Assembly (NCBI GenBank): GCA_047495785.1
Contig: JBLDXI010000050.1
Location: 124,001-188,000 of the forward strand
Length of the DNA: 64,000 bases
From: Lepidodermella squamata
Lineage: Eukaryota > Animalia > Gastrotricha
Direction: 5' to 3'
Shown here: positions 30,949-43,131 of the stretch, one piece after another
Numbering within the stretch: the stretch's first letter is position 1
How the letters are laid out: each line of letters starts with the position of its first letter
Program-made: the position numbers and the translations under genes
The notes under the pieces: generated by a model
What the model was told of the DNA's origin: nothing
The model's database searches: none
The model's input: only the letters and a program-made list of their open reading frames with translations

Positions 30949-32803
30949 GATGCGAGAGATTTAATTTGATTTGATTTACAGGGTCTGATGATTTGATTTG
31001 ATTTGATTGATTGATTTGATTTGGTGGGGATTTGGGGAATTTATTTAAAAGGACCCGTGATTTACTGAAGAAATCAAATCAAATCTAATCTAATCACTGG
31101 CAATGGTGCTGTGAAAAGTGGATGTGAACAATTATTGCGAATTTCAAAGATGCTAGGATGCTAGGATGCTATATCTTGCTACAGTAGTAAATTGTTCAGA
31201 TTCCTCGCCTGTAATACGGCGGCCATAGATCGATCCCCAGCCAAAAAGTGATTTTTCATTTCTTCTTCTCTATTTTCTCTCATTTGAATATGCACACATC
31301 GAATGAATCAAAACACATGAATTCACAGGGCGTGAAATAACGTGCATGTGTTTGATGCCTTCTCAAAAAAGCATGAAAAGGCTACGCACAGGGAGCGAAG
31401 TACAGGGTGCTGGGTTCCATAGGGCTCAGATTACATAGAACATAGAGCGTCTGTAAGCTCGCTAATGTTACCAAAAACCGCAAATTAATGGATTATTTTT
31501 TCCTGTGAAGCCTTTATACCATAAATATAAACCGCAGGCTGACCTTATCAAAACGTTTCTCCGTGAGCCGGTAACTTTTGGTCGCTGACTGGAGCATTCG
31601 AAAAAGTATAAATGTCGTGGTTTTCTTTCGGGCAGTACGGTTTTTAAATGCATAGTTCAATACTGAACATCGGTGGGCACCTGCCCTCTTGTGATCAAAG
31701 AAAGTCCATAAAGAAAATAAAAGTGGACACGCAGGATCCATCAAATCCCACAGCCTTCACAATTTTTTATTTTTGTTGTCTGAAATTATTTTCCTTGAAT
31801 TTGAGATTTCCGAACAAAGAAAAACAAATTGGCGTAAAAGCAGCCGAACAAGTCAGTGCAATTCGATTTTACCCCTTTCTTCGGCGAGAATTTCCCCTTC
31901 TAAGGCTAAGGAAAGTCGATGGCCGTTATGATTGAGTTGACTGTGCGGGCCGATTGAACTAGGGGAGAGATGATCCCTAGCGGTACTTCGCTCTCTGGAA
32001 CGATGCGCTTCAGCAAGGGAAGCGTTAACAGCGCAGCGATAATTCGTCAGGCGCGTTAGCCGGTCGCCAAATTGTGAAATTGTGATATCGTCGAGTAGCG
32101 AAAATGGGACGTCCAGCAAGGTTTCACGCCCCGCAGATTCTCTCGAAACCTTTCGGGACGATAATTTTGTCCATTTGCCTCGCACCTTGCACCTTGCGCC
32201 TTGCACCTTGTTTGAGCTTGAATGACAAGTGATGATTTGAAGATTGGTAAGCCGAGCGGTTATTGCGAAACCAACTGGAATTCTATGGTCAGATCAGTAC
32301 ATTGTAAATCTCACCTGGGTTCTGAGCTGGAAGAATTCGTCGGCGTGAGTGCTTCCACCGGTTCGACGGACTTCGCAGCATTCGACAGGGCTCGTCGGAT
32401 GCGTCGCTAGACCGAAGCGGTACACGGGCCCGCTCGGTTGCCTGACATAACCGTAATCCATACCGACTTGATCCCAGAACCGCTGGAGAACGATAGCCGG
32501 GCGTCCAGTTTCCACAAAAATGTAATGGAGGAAAACGACTCGACTGACAAACTAAATTGTTGTTATTAAATCTTTTTTGGGGTTAAAATAGTGCACTTGT
32601 TAACAACTGAAGGGCGAGGCGCGAGACGGCACGCGTCAAACCGGTGACGTCTTGCTGCGCACTACAATTGTTTGCAACATGTTGTACCAATCTGGCGGGC
32701 CACACATTGCTACAAGCTAAGCCTTTATAAGCGAAGCAATCAGAGCTAAAGTCTATCATTCCTCACTTGAATTTCTTAAAGTTACTTGAATTTTCCATTC
32801 TTT

Positions 32804-33849
32804 ATGGAGCCGCTCAACTTGTCGATCTCAGCCATCAACCATCAGCCGCCTGTCATTCAGCCCGTCTCTCAACCGTCCATGCCCCAACCAGCCTCCAGTC
32901 GAATCAACAATCCACCTCGTTTGAAAGCCGATGGAAAAAGACCGGGTCCAAGAAAAGTGAGACTTTGCTTTTTGGTCATTAAATTTGTTTATATTGTAAT
33001 CCTTGTTTAGTGAACAGACGTCGGAACTGGTCTACGGAGGAACTGCGGGAATTAGATGCCTTTATCGAATACTGCGAAGACCTAGTGCCGCCCGCCAAGC
33101 CGTCGCAGGCCACCTTTCGTCGATGGCTGGAATATTGTGAGGAAAATAGCAGAAATTGGATGCTCAATTTTCCGAATCGACGGCAGAGCGCGGTGCTATT
33201 CAAGGCACGGGGAGTGGTCCGAAAGCGAGCAATGGGCTGTGCCTCGTCTCCACAGCCAGCAGTCCAACCAGCTCCTCCGATGCAGCAACCAAGGTCAAAT
33301 CAATTGGTGTTATCATCAACCGTCAACCATCAGCCGCCTGTCTCTCAGCCGTGTGTGTCCCAGCCTGCCTCAAGCCGAATCAACAATCCACCTCGTTTGA
33401 TAGCCGATGAAAGGGAGACCGAGTCCAAGAAAAGTGAGACTTCGCTTTTTTGGTTCAATTTGTTTATTGTAATCCTTTTAGTGAGGAATTGGTCGAAGGC
33501 GGAACTGCGCGCGTTGGACGCATTAATTGAATACTGCCAAGACCTAGTGCCGCCCGCCAAGCCGTCGAAGATCACTTTTCAGGGATGGCTGAAATATTGC
33601 GAGGAGAATAACAGCAACTGGTTGCTCAATTTTCCAAATTGCCGGGAGAGCGCGGTGCTATTCAAGGCGAGGGAAGTGGTCCGAGAGCGAGCAATGGGCA
33701 GGGCTTCGGCTCCACAGCCAGCAGTCCCACCAGTTCCACCGATGCAGCAACAGGTGTGGTATCAACAGGTGTGGCAGCCCCAGCCGCTGTTTTGGCAATT
33801 GGCTCAGCAACCGTTTTATCCGATCAATTGCGGGCGAATGGAAAACTGA
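32804..33849 (+). CDS. Internally duplicated Myb/SANT-like protein with P/Q-rich linkers; possibly TE-derived or degenerate
   Basis: Two ~490-bp units, each with an equivalent GTGAG...TTTAG intron and the domain RNWS..EL..LDA.IEYC.DLVPPAKPS..TF..WL.YCEEN...FPN...SAVLFKAR. Unit 1 lacks 1 nt relative to unit 2 near 32940. Confidence 0.5.
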
Positions 33850-34972
33850 CTGTGACATTTCATTTAGTCTGAAGTTTTTTCTATTTCTGCGATCTCGTGG
33901 CTGCTTTGAAAATATTGATTTCGGATTCAATTATAAAAAAAAATAGTTTTTTGTGAACCTTCTACTTCCATAACACAATTATAAAACAAAATAAAATGCA
34001 ATCTTAGAAAACAATGGGGAACGGTGTCTTTTTGGCATATCAATTATGAGCTTATTCCTCATTGCATTGGCAGATACCGATTACGGCGTTGACAACGATG
34101 ACTCGATGATAATAAATATACCTCAAGAATATCCGGGATGGCCGTTTTTACCTCCACAGAGCCGAGGGAAGAAAGGGGATAAAATGACTTACAGTAACCA
34201 GCTTTTCTTAGCTAAAAACGTGTTTAGTACACTCAGAGCCGTTTCCTGTTTCATAATTTCGTGTATTTTTGAAAACTGTGTTTGAAACTGGTTTAGGACA
34301 TCACTCATTAGCAATTTGGCTTTTGAAATTCTATCCGCCTTTAACATTCCGAAAAGTATTTATATTGTATAGGATTTAAGTAAATATTTTGTTGAAGCAA
34401 ACCAAGCTGACGTAAACACCACGTGATTCTCTGTAGGTATGCTATTTATCCAAACACAATAATAATGTCTCTCTGGCTATCATTCATTTCTTTTATTCAT
34501 CATTCATTAGAAAACTCAACCCGTGTATATGTTTTTTACACGCCCGCTTTAACACTGACACATTTTTTAAAGCTATTTTAAAAAGTGGGATTTCGTATAG
34601 TAATAGCTTATCCTTACGTATTTTTCTTTATAGAGAGCATTATTACCTTGACAAGTTTTTTCTGCATGAACGGCATCAATGTCGAACCTTAAAAAAAATA
34701 GGAGAAATAATCTTCTCTCGAAAAACCTTCATTTGTTAAGGAAAAGTTTCACCATTGTGTTTAATCCGAATTTTGCTGTCCGTAATCAGTGCATAGCATC
34801 AACGGCCCAAAACACTTCGGTTTCTCCTTGCAAAATCAAAAGTTAAAAATTATACTCCAATGTATTGTTTTACCATTGTTACATCCTCAAGCCTGCGACC
34901 TCGGATATTCGGAGCTTGTCTCGATTATCTCCAAAACACAGTAGTATAATCCATCCATTATCCATCTGTTAG

Positions 34973-36422
34973 ATGAATAACTTTTTACACCGGTTTTTGC
35001 TGAGCCTTCTCGGAACCGCCATGCTGCTTTTCCTTATCGCTGCATTGCCAGAGCAGCAGGAAGAGGTATTTAACTTTCAAAATTTGACGATAAGAGCGCT
35101 GAAATTCACGATTGTCATAGCTTTTCTTCAGAGCTGTGAATACTGGTTATACCTTCGAAGTCAAAGACCTTCTCGCTAAGAACAAATCGTTGATCAAGGC
35201 TAGGCATACTGGTCCGCGTCTTTTTCAAATCCTTTTCGAAGAGCATTTTGGCAATGCCACCGCATTAGAAATCGCTGTTGTTTACAACCGAAGCTTTGCA
35301 TTGGCTAAGCTTTTGCTTGACAGTGGAGCTGAGGTGGATGCGAAAGATTACGGACGATACAGTTATGAAAGAACGGCCTTAATCTGGGCGGCCTATTGGG
35401 GGAGGCTAGATCTTGCCTCGCTGCTCATCGAAAATAAAGCTAACATCAGTGTGAAGGACAAAATGGGTGACGATGCCCTGTTACTGGCGGTTCAATCTCG
35501 AAATTTAAACCTGGTCAAGTACCTTTTGTCTAAAGGGGCCGATATCAACACATCAAACAACGATAACTACGGTGTTGTGGATCGGGCAGCCGACGGATGC
35601 AGCTTAGAAGTATTACAGTATTTTCTTTCGCAAAATCTTTCAGCTGATGGCTCGAGAGTTATTGGGTCTGGGAGAACACTGTGGCCCATCTGCAAATGCC
35701 TTTGGAATTCGAATATCACACAGCTTTTACTTTCAAATGGCGCTACATTTCCTGTTCTCTGCCTTGATGTGCCTTTTCTGATCCATATGGCTAATAGCTA
35801 CGAGACTTGGGATGGAGAATTCAGAGAATTCAGGTATATTCCTACTACATCGTATCAAACTATGATCGACCTTGGCGCAGACGTTAACGCTGTTTCAGAT
35901 GGCTTATCAGTCTTACAGGTAGCTGTTACTCGTTCTAATAAAGACATCGTCCAGCTTTTGATTGAACGAGGCGCGAAGATGACGGTAGACAAAAATGGCT
36001 ATTCCCTATCGCTGAGAGCTGCCTTGCGTACTTGGAAACCAAACGCATCTATCGAGATCTTGGATTACTTGCTGGAAAAAGGTGACGCGATCGATGGAAA
36101 CTTGAATAATAGCGAAACGTTCCTATCGATGGTGCTCAAAAACAGAACCGGCTTCGTGCTACCGGTTGTCAAGTTCGCTGTCGAAAAGGGCAATGCGAAT
36201 GGTAACGCGACGGATTCTGTTGGACGAAACGCTTTGCATCTAGCTGTTTTGATGAACAGTTTGACAGTCATCGATAAATTGGATACTGTTAGATATTTGG
36301 TCTTAAAGGGAGTGAATCGCAACGCTAAGGACAACCTTGGAAAAACGGCCCTGCAGCACGCCCATGAGATAAGTCGACCAGATGATCGCCAGGCTTCAAT
36401 GAAAATACTCACATACTATTGA
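34973..36422 (+). CDS. Signal-peptide-bearing ankyrin-repeat protein, copy 4 (exons 34973-35065, 35121-36422)
   Basis: Exon 1 reads MNNFLHRFLLSLLGTAMLLFLIAALPEQQEE. Phase-0 intron, colinear ANK repeats. Confidence 0.9.
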
Positions 36423-37979
36423 ATCTTGCTGAGCTGATCATGCTTAAATCTTAAGGGCACGGCGACAAAACAGCAAATTTGTTATTTCGGGAGAACACAG
36501 CGAAAACTTTCTTTGTAAAATATGCATTGTGCTTCTGCTCTTATGTCGCAAGTTAAAAAATGTGCTGTTATGTCGCTGTTGCTGTTTTGGGTATTTGCGC
36601 CGATCATTTTACAATTTGCTGTTGATAAGAATAGTTCTCAAAACATGTTCGCTTCCGGCCGTAGAGGGGTGTAACCGAATAAGGCTGTTAGCGAAAATAG
36701 AACCATCCCGGCTGCCTGCCTCTAAAATCGAAAATTGAAGATTTGGAGTCCGATATCAAATATAAATAAAGCTTAAAAAGTAAACATTTACTACAAAATT
36801 TCCAACGCTGGGAAGAGGTCAGTACAGGTCATAAGGGTAGCTTTCATTTCTGTTTCAGAAAGCAAGTCTGTGCACGGAATCTCGCATGGCAGTCCCCAAT
36901 ACAGTGACAATAAAAATATCCGCACGGTGGAATTGAGGCGACACTAGTTGAAATGTTTCGCACGTGCGAAATAATACTGTTTATCTCCTGCAAAACGGAA
37001 CAAAATGACGCCTTTCGCACGGGCTCCAAAAACAGCTCCATGGAAGGGGGGATAGTTTCAAGAATATGAATATATTCATGAGGTGTCATGAAACTAGGAC
37101 ATTCTCAAATAAGTGCCAAAAAATGAAAAAAATATGAGCAATTGGAATAAGGTGTCGGCAGATCAAAAATAATTTTTTCGGAATTTTTCTGACATAATTA
37201 TCAACTTTGAGGGCTTCGGAATATTAATTAGCACCTTATAAATATACATATTTTTACAACTATTAAAACTTCTTGGTCTGTAACACTTTATTTTTAGCTG
37301 ATTTTAACCCAAGCTTGGAGCTAAAAATAGTTCGGGCGCGTGCGAGATGTTTTTAGTTTTAACTCAACAAATTCCTGACCGTGCGTAACTTTTGATTTTC
37401 ACTGTACATCTGCAATTTGACAATCTTATACTATCTACTAACGCCGCCTTGCTGATATTTCTTGCTTCCTGCTATGTTACAATCTGGTTAGAAATCCTAT
37501 CATTCACGTGAGTTCGATGCACGTATATGCTCGCTCCTTAGCTGTTTTCTTAACTTAGCTCGTAACTTGTCCAGATACGAGAAAAATGGAGGTGATTTCA
37601 AAAGTTATAAAACAAGGGGGAATGCTGGCCTCGAAAAATCAAAAAATGAAATCGGGCTGGAAATGAAAAGTATGTCAAAACTAGGAATTTTTTTCTTTTT
37701 TTATTATCGAGATGGAGTAGAAACATGACAGTATCGAGAAAGCAATTCAACTTAGCAATTAGCAATTCAAATAGAATTATAATTTAATACGTTTGTGAAC
37801 GACATAGACGACGTAGCCTTCGGATCTTACTCAACAATATTTCATAGAGCGTAAAACCAGCCATAACCGCATAATTTTCTTACGTGCAAAATAATAAATA
37901 ATGACCCTAAAATGTTCAGTCACATCGTCGATCGACGTCAGAGCATATTTATGTCGACGATTGACAGTCATGTCTCATG

Positions 37980-38333
37980 TCATTGTTGGTTTTTGTTTGA
38001 TTTTCCAGCCTTTTTCGATTTCTCCCCGGTTTTCGACTTTTGATGACCGTTTTTTGATTTTCCACTCTTTTCCGATTTCTGACCATGTTTTCCATTCTTT
38101 CCGTGTTTTCCAGCCTTTGCATGTTCATGTGCCTTTCCATGTGTTTGCTTCACATCCGAACCTTCACTGCCAGTTCCAACTTCCTCGTTATGCTGATGTT
38201 TCTTTCCTTCTCCGAGTTCGACAGACCACACAGCAATTAATGCCTGAAATAGATGAAGAATAGAGAATTGAGATGTTTCATTTCACAAGCAAGAAATTAC
38301 CACAATAACGGTGAATAAAATTAACTTGTTCAT
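37980..38333 (-). CDS. Secreted Lys/His/Gly-rich cationic peptide, 98 aa (exons 38333-38301, 38243-37980)
   Basis: AAAAATG start, GTAATT donor, TTTCAG acceptor. Signal MNKLILFTVIVALIAVWSVELGEG, then KKHQH...HGKNGKHGQKSEKSGKSK... Confidence 0.8.
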
Positions 38334-41300
38334 TTTTCAGCAGGAAAATATTATTCAAGCAATTATCTGAATTCTAAATGGAAGGATGAAGGATGGAAGG
38401 ACGATGCCTCGGTATTTCAGCCTTTGATCAGCAAAACTATATCGGTTAATCTAGGCTAGGTTTATGAGTCTATACTCTATTGAGCTAGCTTTTATTTTCT
38501 GCTTTTTAGGAAGCAATCAAGATTTTCACCTTTCGTTTCGACTATTTTGTGTAAAATGATGAAAAATCATGGATGTATTACCCGCAAACATTGAACTGGA
38601 GCCTAACTTATCAAGTATAAATCGCAAAAGAATATACTACACTTTACTTGGTCATATTTACCAGCAAAAAAAGCAAAGAGAAATGCAGAAGAAAAACTGG
38701 GTCCTTACTCGTAGGAGCATAGCTCTAAATATAATGATCATGACTTCTTACGAAACAATCAAAAGCGATATATAGAGCCTATTTTCGAGCTTTAAGTGTA
38801 TTGATAATTGACACGACATTTTTCGCGCATTCCACACATGGGACCATGAAGATCCCAGGCGTTTCGTTTTTACCTGGCCTAGTCACGCAGAACCCTTGGC
38901 TCAGGCCCAGGTCATTTGATTCGTGATATCAAGACATCTTCGGAAATTTGAGGTTATGCCCTAGTACTGCGGTTATATCCATAGCGCCGTTAAAAAGCTC
39001 GGTTCAACAGTGTTGCGCTAAGAATTGCAGATCGAATTTTACCATGCGCATGTCGTTCGTGTTGCGACGTAAGAGACCGCCAGTGCTAGCGCATATTTCT
39101 ATATATCATTATACGGCTATATTGCGGCTGTTTACAACTGTGGAGCGGTTGCATCCCAAATTACTATCTTCGGTTCAAGGGCTATAAAATTGCCATTAGC
39201 TGCGATTGCTATCTTGCGTTCTTGGACTCTTGAAGATAAAAGAAGATGAATTCATCTGCTTCGCCTATCCTTCCTATAATTCTTCAAAGTTTTCTCGCGA
39301 TCTTCTGCAATTCTTCGATTGAAGATTTTACAGGTAGCAAAAACGAGCTGCCGTGACCAATGAAAAAGTATTATTATCCGTGACCCGTCGCAGTACATCT
39401 TTATTTGAAACGCAGTGAAATAATTGAAAATGAACAAAGGAAATGAAACCAAGAGAATAATTTATCACACTTTGTTTCAACAGAAATGGCGATAATACAG
39501 GTTGAATAATATCAGCAGAGCCAGCACTCAGCACTCAGCAATAGTATAGTAGCGACCTTTTGCCGGAATTTCGCTATTTTTCCATTTCCATTTCCGATTC
39601 CCAATCAATATCCAATATCCAATCAGCTATAAATAAAGTGGCGATTCGAGTAAAAGTTTAAGTAAAATAATCCTATCAACAACGCAGAAATTAAAATTTA
39701 ATACAGCAGCTAATTGGATTTACTATTACTGTACTATTAGATAGCTTCGGGAGATATTGCAATACGATAGTAATGAATCATTAATACCTATTTTAGAAAC
39801 GAGCCATTCTAAAAAAAAATTCTTTGATTTCTACGATAAATTATAGAATGATGCTAATGAACACGTAATATTACTGGAAGGAGATCTCGTCCATTGAAGT
39901 TTTGGCGGATAAATCTTTGAAGTGTCGCAATTAGGAAACAAGCGGTCTGTAACGATTTCTGAAAATGTATCACTTAAAACCGAAATGAACTAACAATTTT
40001 CAAGAATCCATGACGGCGATACTCCATTGGTTATCTAACTAAAACTAACTAACTAACGATAACTAAATTGGCAAACCACAGAAATGGGACTGAAGGTAAT
40101 ATCAGAGTTTGTATGTGAATGAAAGGGGGAAGCAAACTTGTCACCCGTCAACTGTCTCTAACTGACGTGAACAAGCCCGATTCCGAGTTATTCAACGACG
40201 CTAACGACTACGGGGCGGTGATGGTAATTCATCCTACTTTGACTGCTTTGGTCAAGCTTTGGGAAGCTGTTTTCTTCCCCTTCAAAGCAAAGAATGTCCA
40301 TATCTATTGGCCATTAATTAAGTGTTAAATTTCAATTCCTAACCCAGAGCAGATCAGATTGGTCTCTAAAAAGCTGCGCTTTGATTTAGCCTTGCAAGGC
40401 GTAGAACAAATCGCTCCATCGCTCCAGAGATCTACCTTAACCCTTTTTCACCGCCGGCATTTTTGGCGGCCGGAAAGCCTTGGCAGACAATCAGACAATC
40501 TCTGACAGCAGACAATCTCCGGCCGCACCAACATGGGAATGCTCTTTCATCGGCAGCAGATTTTTTAGCTTCAAGCACATTTTTCTTTCTCGCAAGCGCT
40601 TTGAGCGGAGGGGGTTAATTAACAGAGGCCTTTATAAACAGGTAATTACCTAAGCGGACTGCTTCCCCACAACTTGAGTCAATATGAGCGATTCCTTCAG
40701 CGGTACTTGTTCCTAAGCAATTCTATGCGCAGAGAGAACGAAGTGATCTATGCCTATGCTGTATAACTTTTTCCAGTACGGGCCACAGTTGTAAAGCGCT
40801 GGGCAACCGACACGACTAGGGGTCTTAACTTCAATTCACCTTACTTGTTTTGCTCTAACTGTTTTCTACTCGAACAAAGATGATGGAAAATGTTCAAAAT
40901 GGCCGCATTGGACCCACCAAACCAGTGGTTAATAATATATGCGAGCGAAGCGAGCTTTAGCCAACGGAACTTTACAGAAATTTTGGCTGAAAGTAGTATA
41001 AAATTGGTTGATATTCGCGTCATGATCGAAGGAAACGGGTAGCCGGTCGCATTCCAGCCATTATTCGAGAAAAGCTTTCCGGCCGCGGTGAACAACTCCG
41101 CCGGCCGCAGGGGGCCGGAACAACGGATTTTGCGGAACACTGTCGTAACCCATTCTCAGGATAAAGCACGCGCCACTTTTTTGCCTTCACTTACTCTGAA
41201 ACCCTAAGAATTATTCTGCATTCTCGCCAATAGATCGGTTAATTTGAAGTGCCGTAAGCACTTCTGATAGCCCTAATCATAGATGGGATTTTGGATTCCA

Positions 41301-42105
41301 GCCAAAATGATCGAGTAGATGCGCTTTGTAAATTATTCTTCTATTAATTGTTTTCTTTTGATAAAACTACTATTGGTATTAGTATAATCAGCACCATCGG
41401 ACCAAATGTGTCGTAGTATTTCCTTAAGAAATCCGCGCAAAAATCGTGAAACCCAAATTTGAATGGTGGGTCCCGTTTTGTCGTATACGAATCATGCCAA
41501 GCGAGTTGCATGTCAAGCATTCCTCAAATACGGCGGTTTCGTTGCTATAATTGCTAATCATCAATCATCGCTAAATCGCTAAGCAGATCACATTACCAAG
41601 ACAATCCGCTATCTTTCTTAGGATGCAGGGATACAAGCCATCCTTACAATTCTTGAATGCTACCAACTTCATTAACTTTGTGTGATTCTACTATTGACCT
41701 CATGTGGCTGCGAATCTACTTCAGCGATTCCACGAGCTTCGGGGAAGGTTTTTGTTCAGTTTGTCCCAACAGATCAACGGCTCATATTTGTATGACATAG
41801 CACGAGTAAAGAGTCATATCTGAACGGAGCTGGCCGAGATTTACGAATCGAAACGAGCCGGAGGCGAGTTGAGATGAGTATTTAAGAAGGATATCCAAAT
41901 GTCTGCGAGATAATGGAGAAGTATAACCACAGATTAGATTATAACTAATAGCGTAATAAGTGCTCTCTTGGCAGTTTCATGATTTAGGGGCTGAATAATA
42001 GAAAAATTGGCTCATCTAGTCCATAATTCCAAAATATGCATTTTACGTGATGATAACTGTATGGGTCCCATGAAATGTTGAAAGTTTGAACAATAAGTGG
42101 TGATG

Positions 42106-42109
<4 letters not shown>

Positions 42110-42139
<30 letters not shown>
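42110..42139. repeat. (GA)n microsatellite
   Basis: About 15 GA units. Confidence 0.95.
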
Positions 42140-42142
<3 letters not shown>

Positions 42143-42490
42143 TAGCCTACGGATGTTGAGGAAAATTGATGGAATTATCCTAGACTACGCTTGAAGGGAA
42201 CGAATATGAAATAAGCAAGATATGGATAAATTTGGTTGATCTTAAGAATTTAGCCATGATAACGGAGAAATTGTCTGAAACGTTTGTGCGCAGTACGCAT
42301 TCTGGTAGGCGTTGTAACCGCTAGGTATCGGATGCGCCGCAATAATGATGCTATTACCGACTAATAAAAAGTAGCTTATACCAGTACCAAGTATTTTATT
42401 ACAAACAGCATGAAAGTACTGCCTAACGAGGTCTCTTACGTCGCAACACGAACGATGTAGGAATATCTAAATATCCGCATTTACAGCAGA

Positions 42491-42521
42491 CATAGAGAAC
42501 GGAGTCACTTCGTTCTCTATG
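42491..42521. mobile_element. 31-bp head-to-head TIR remnant with an 8-bp TSD (P-element-type footprint)
   Basis: ACAGCAGA [CATAGAGAACGGAGT-C-ACTTCGTTCTCTATG] ACAGCAGA. Confidence 0.85.
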
Positions 42522-43131
42522 ACAGCAGATTATATATATTAAAATTATAATATTATTAACCGTGCCAATATTGGTATTTGTCGAAATAAGGAAAGAAATA
42601 AGTTTTTTAAAATATCACTGGACACCATTAACTACAACGAATGATGCAGTGATTCTCCGAGATCAGCCAATTCCTGTATAGACAAGTTGCGAATTGCGAA
42701 TCTTGGATCCTGGAGGATGGAAAATAATTGTTTGCTGTATTTGCCAGCATTACTATGTAGTGAATCAATCAAAAAACGAGCGAAGCGCGGAAATGTTGAA
42801 GATTGTCCAATAAAAGACGCTCGAAAACCTCGAAGAACGAAAATAAGAGGGCAGAGGGCAGAATTTTCATGTTCTTGTCCGGCCTGGACAAGCTTCAGTG
42901 ATGTTCCCCCCATTATGCTGAAAAGCTAGCAATCATCGATCTCCTGATGGCTTGAGACTTCCGCGGATTGTAAACATTTGCATAAACATAGCATGATTGC
43001 TTCAGAACCCTTTATATATAAATGTGACAAATAAAAGAAAGAAAATAATTAGTACCTATTATGAATCATTTTTGCAACAACGAAACCGATATGTTGTTAT
43101 CATGTTTCTTCAACTCAGTAGCGGAATTCCA

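Noticed and set aside
31389-31997. Single hAT element bounded by CAGGGAGCGAAGTA ... TACTTCGCTCTCTG
   Set aside because: The flanks share no 8-bp TSD, so it was treated as separate fragments of the MITE family.
36800-37089. CxC...C...CTDL stretch resembling a transposase C-terminal Cys-rich domain
   Set aside because: Too degenerate (needs a frameshift), with no catalytic domain and no matching right TIR for the TTAAGGGCACGG end at ~36451.
39250-39420. Possible BTB/BACK pseudo-exon (RRVTDNNTFSLVTAARFCYL)
   Set aside because: Short, with stops, and the resemblance cannot be supported by eye.
40441-40614. TTAA-CCC...GGG-TTAA piggyBac-like boundaries
   Set aside because: The inverted match does not extend beyond 3 nt.
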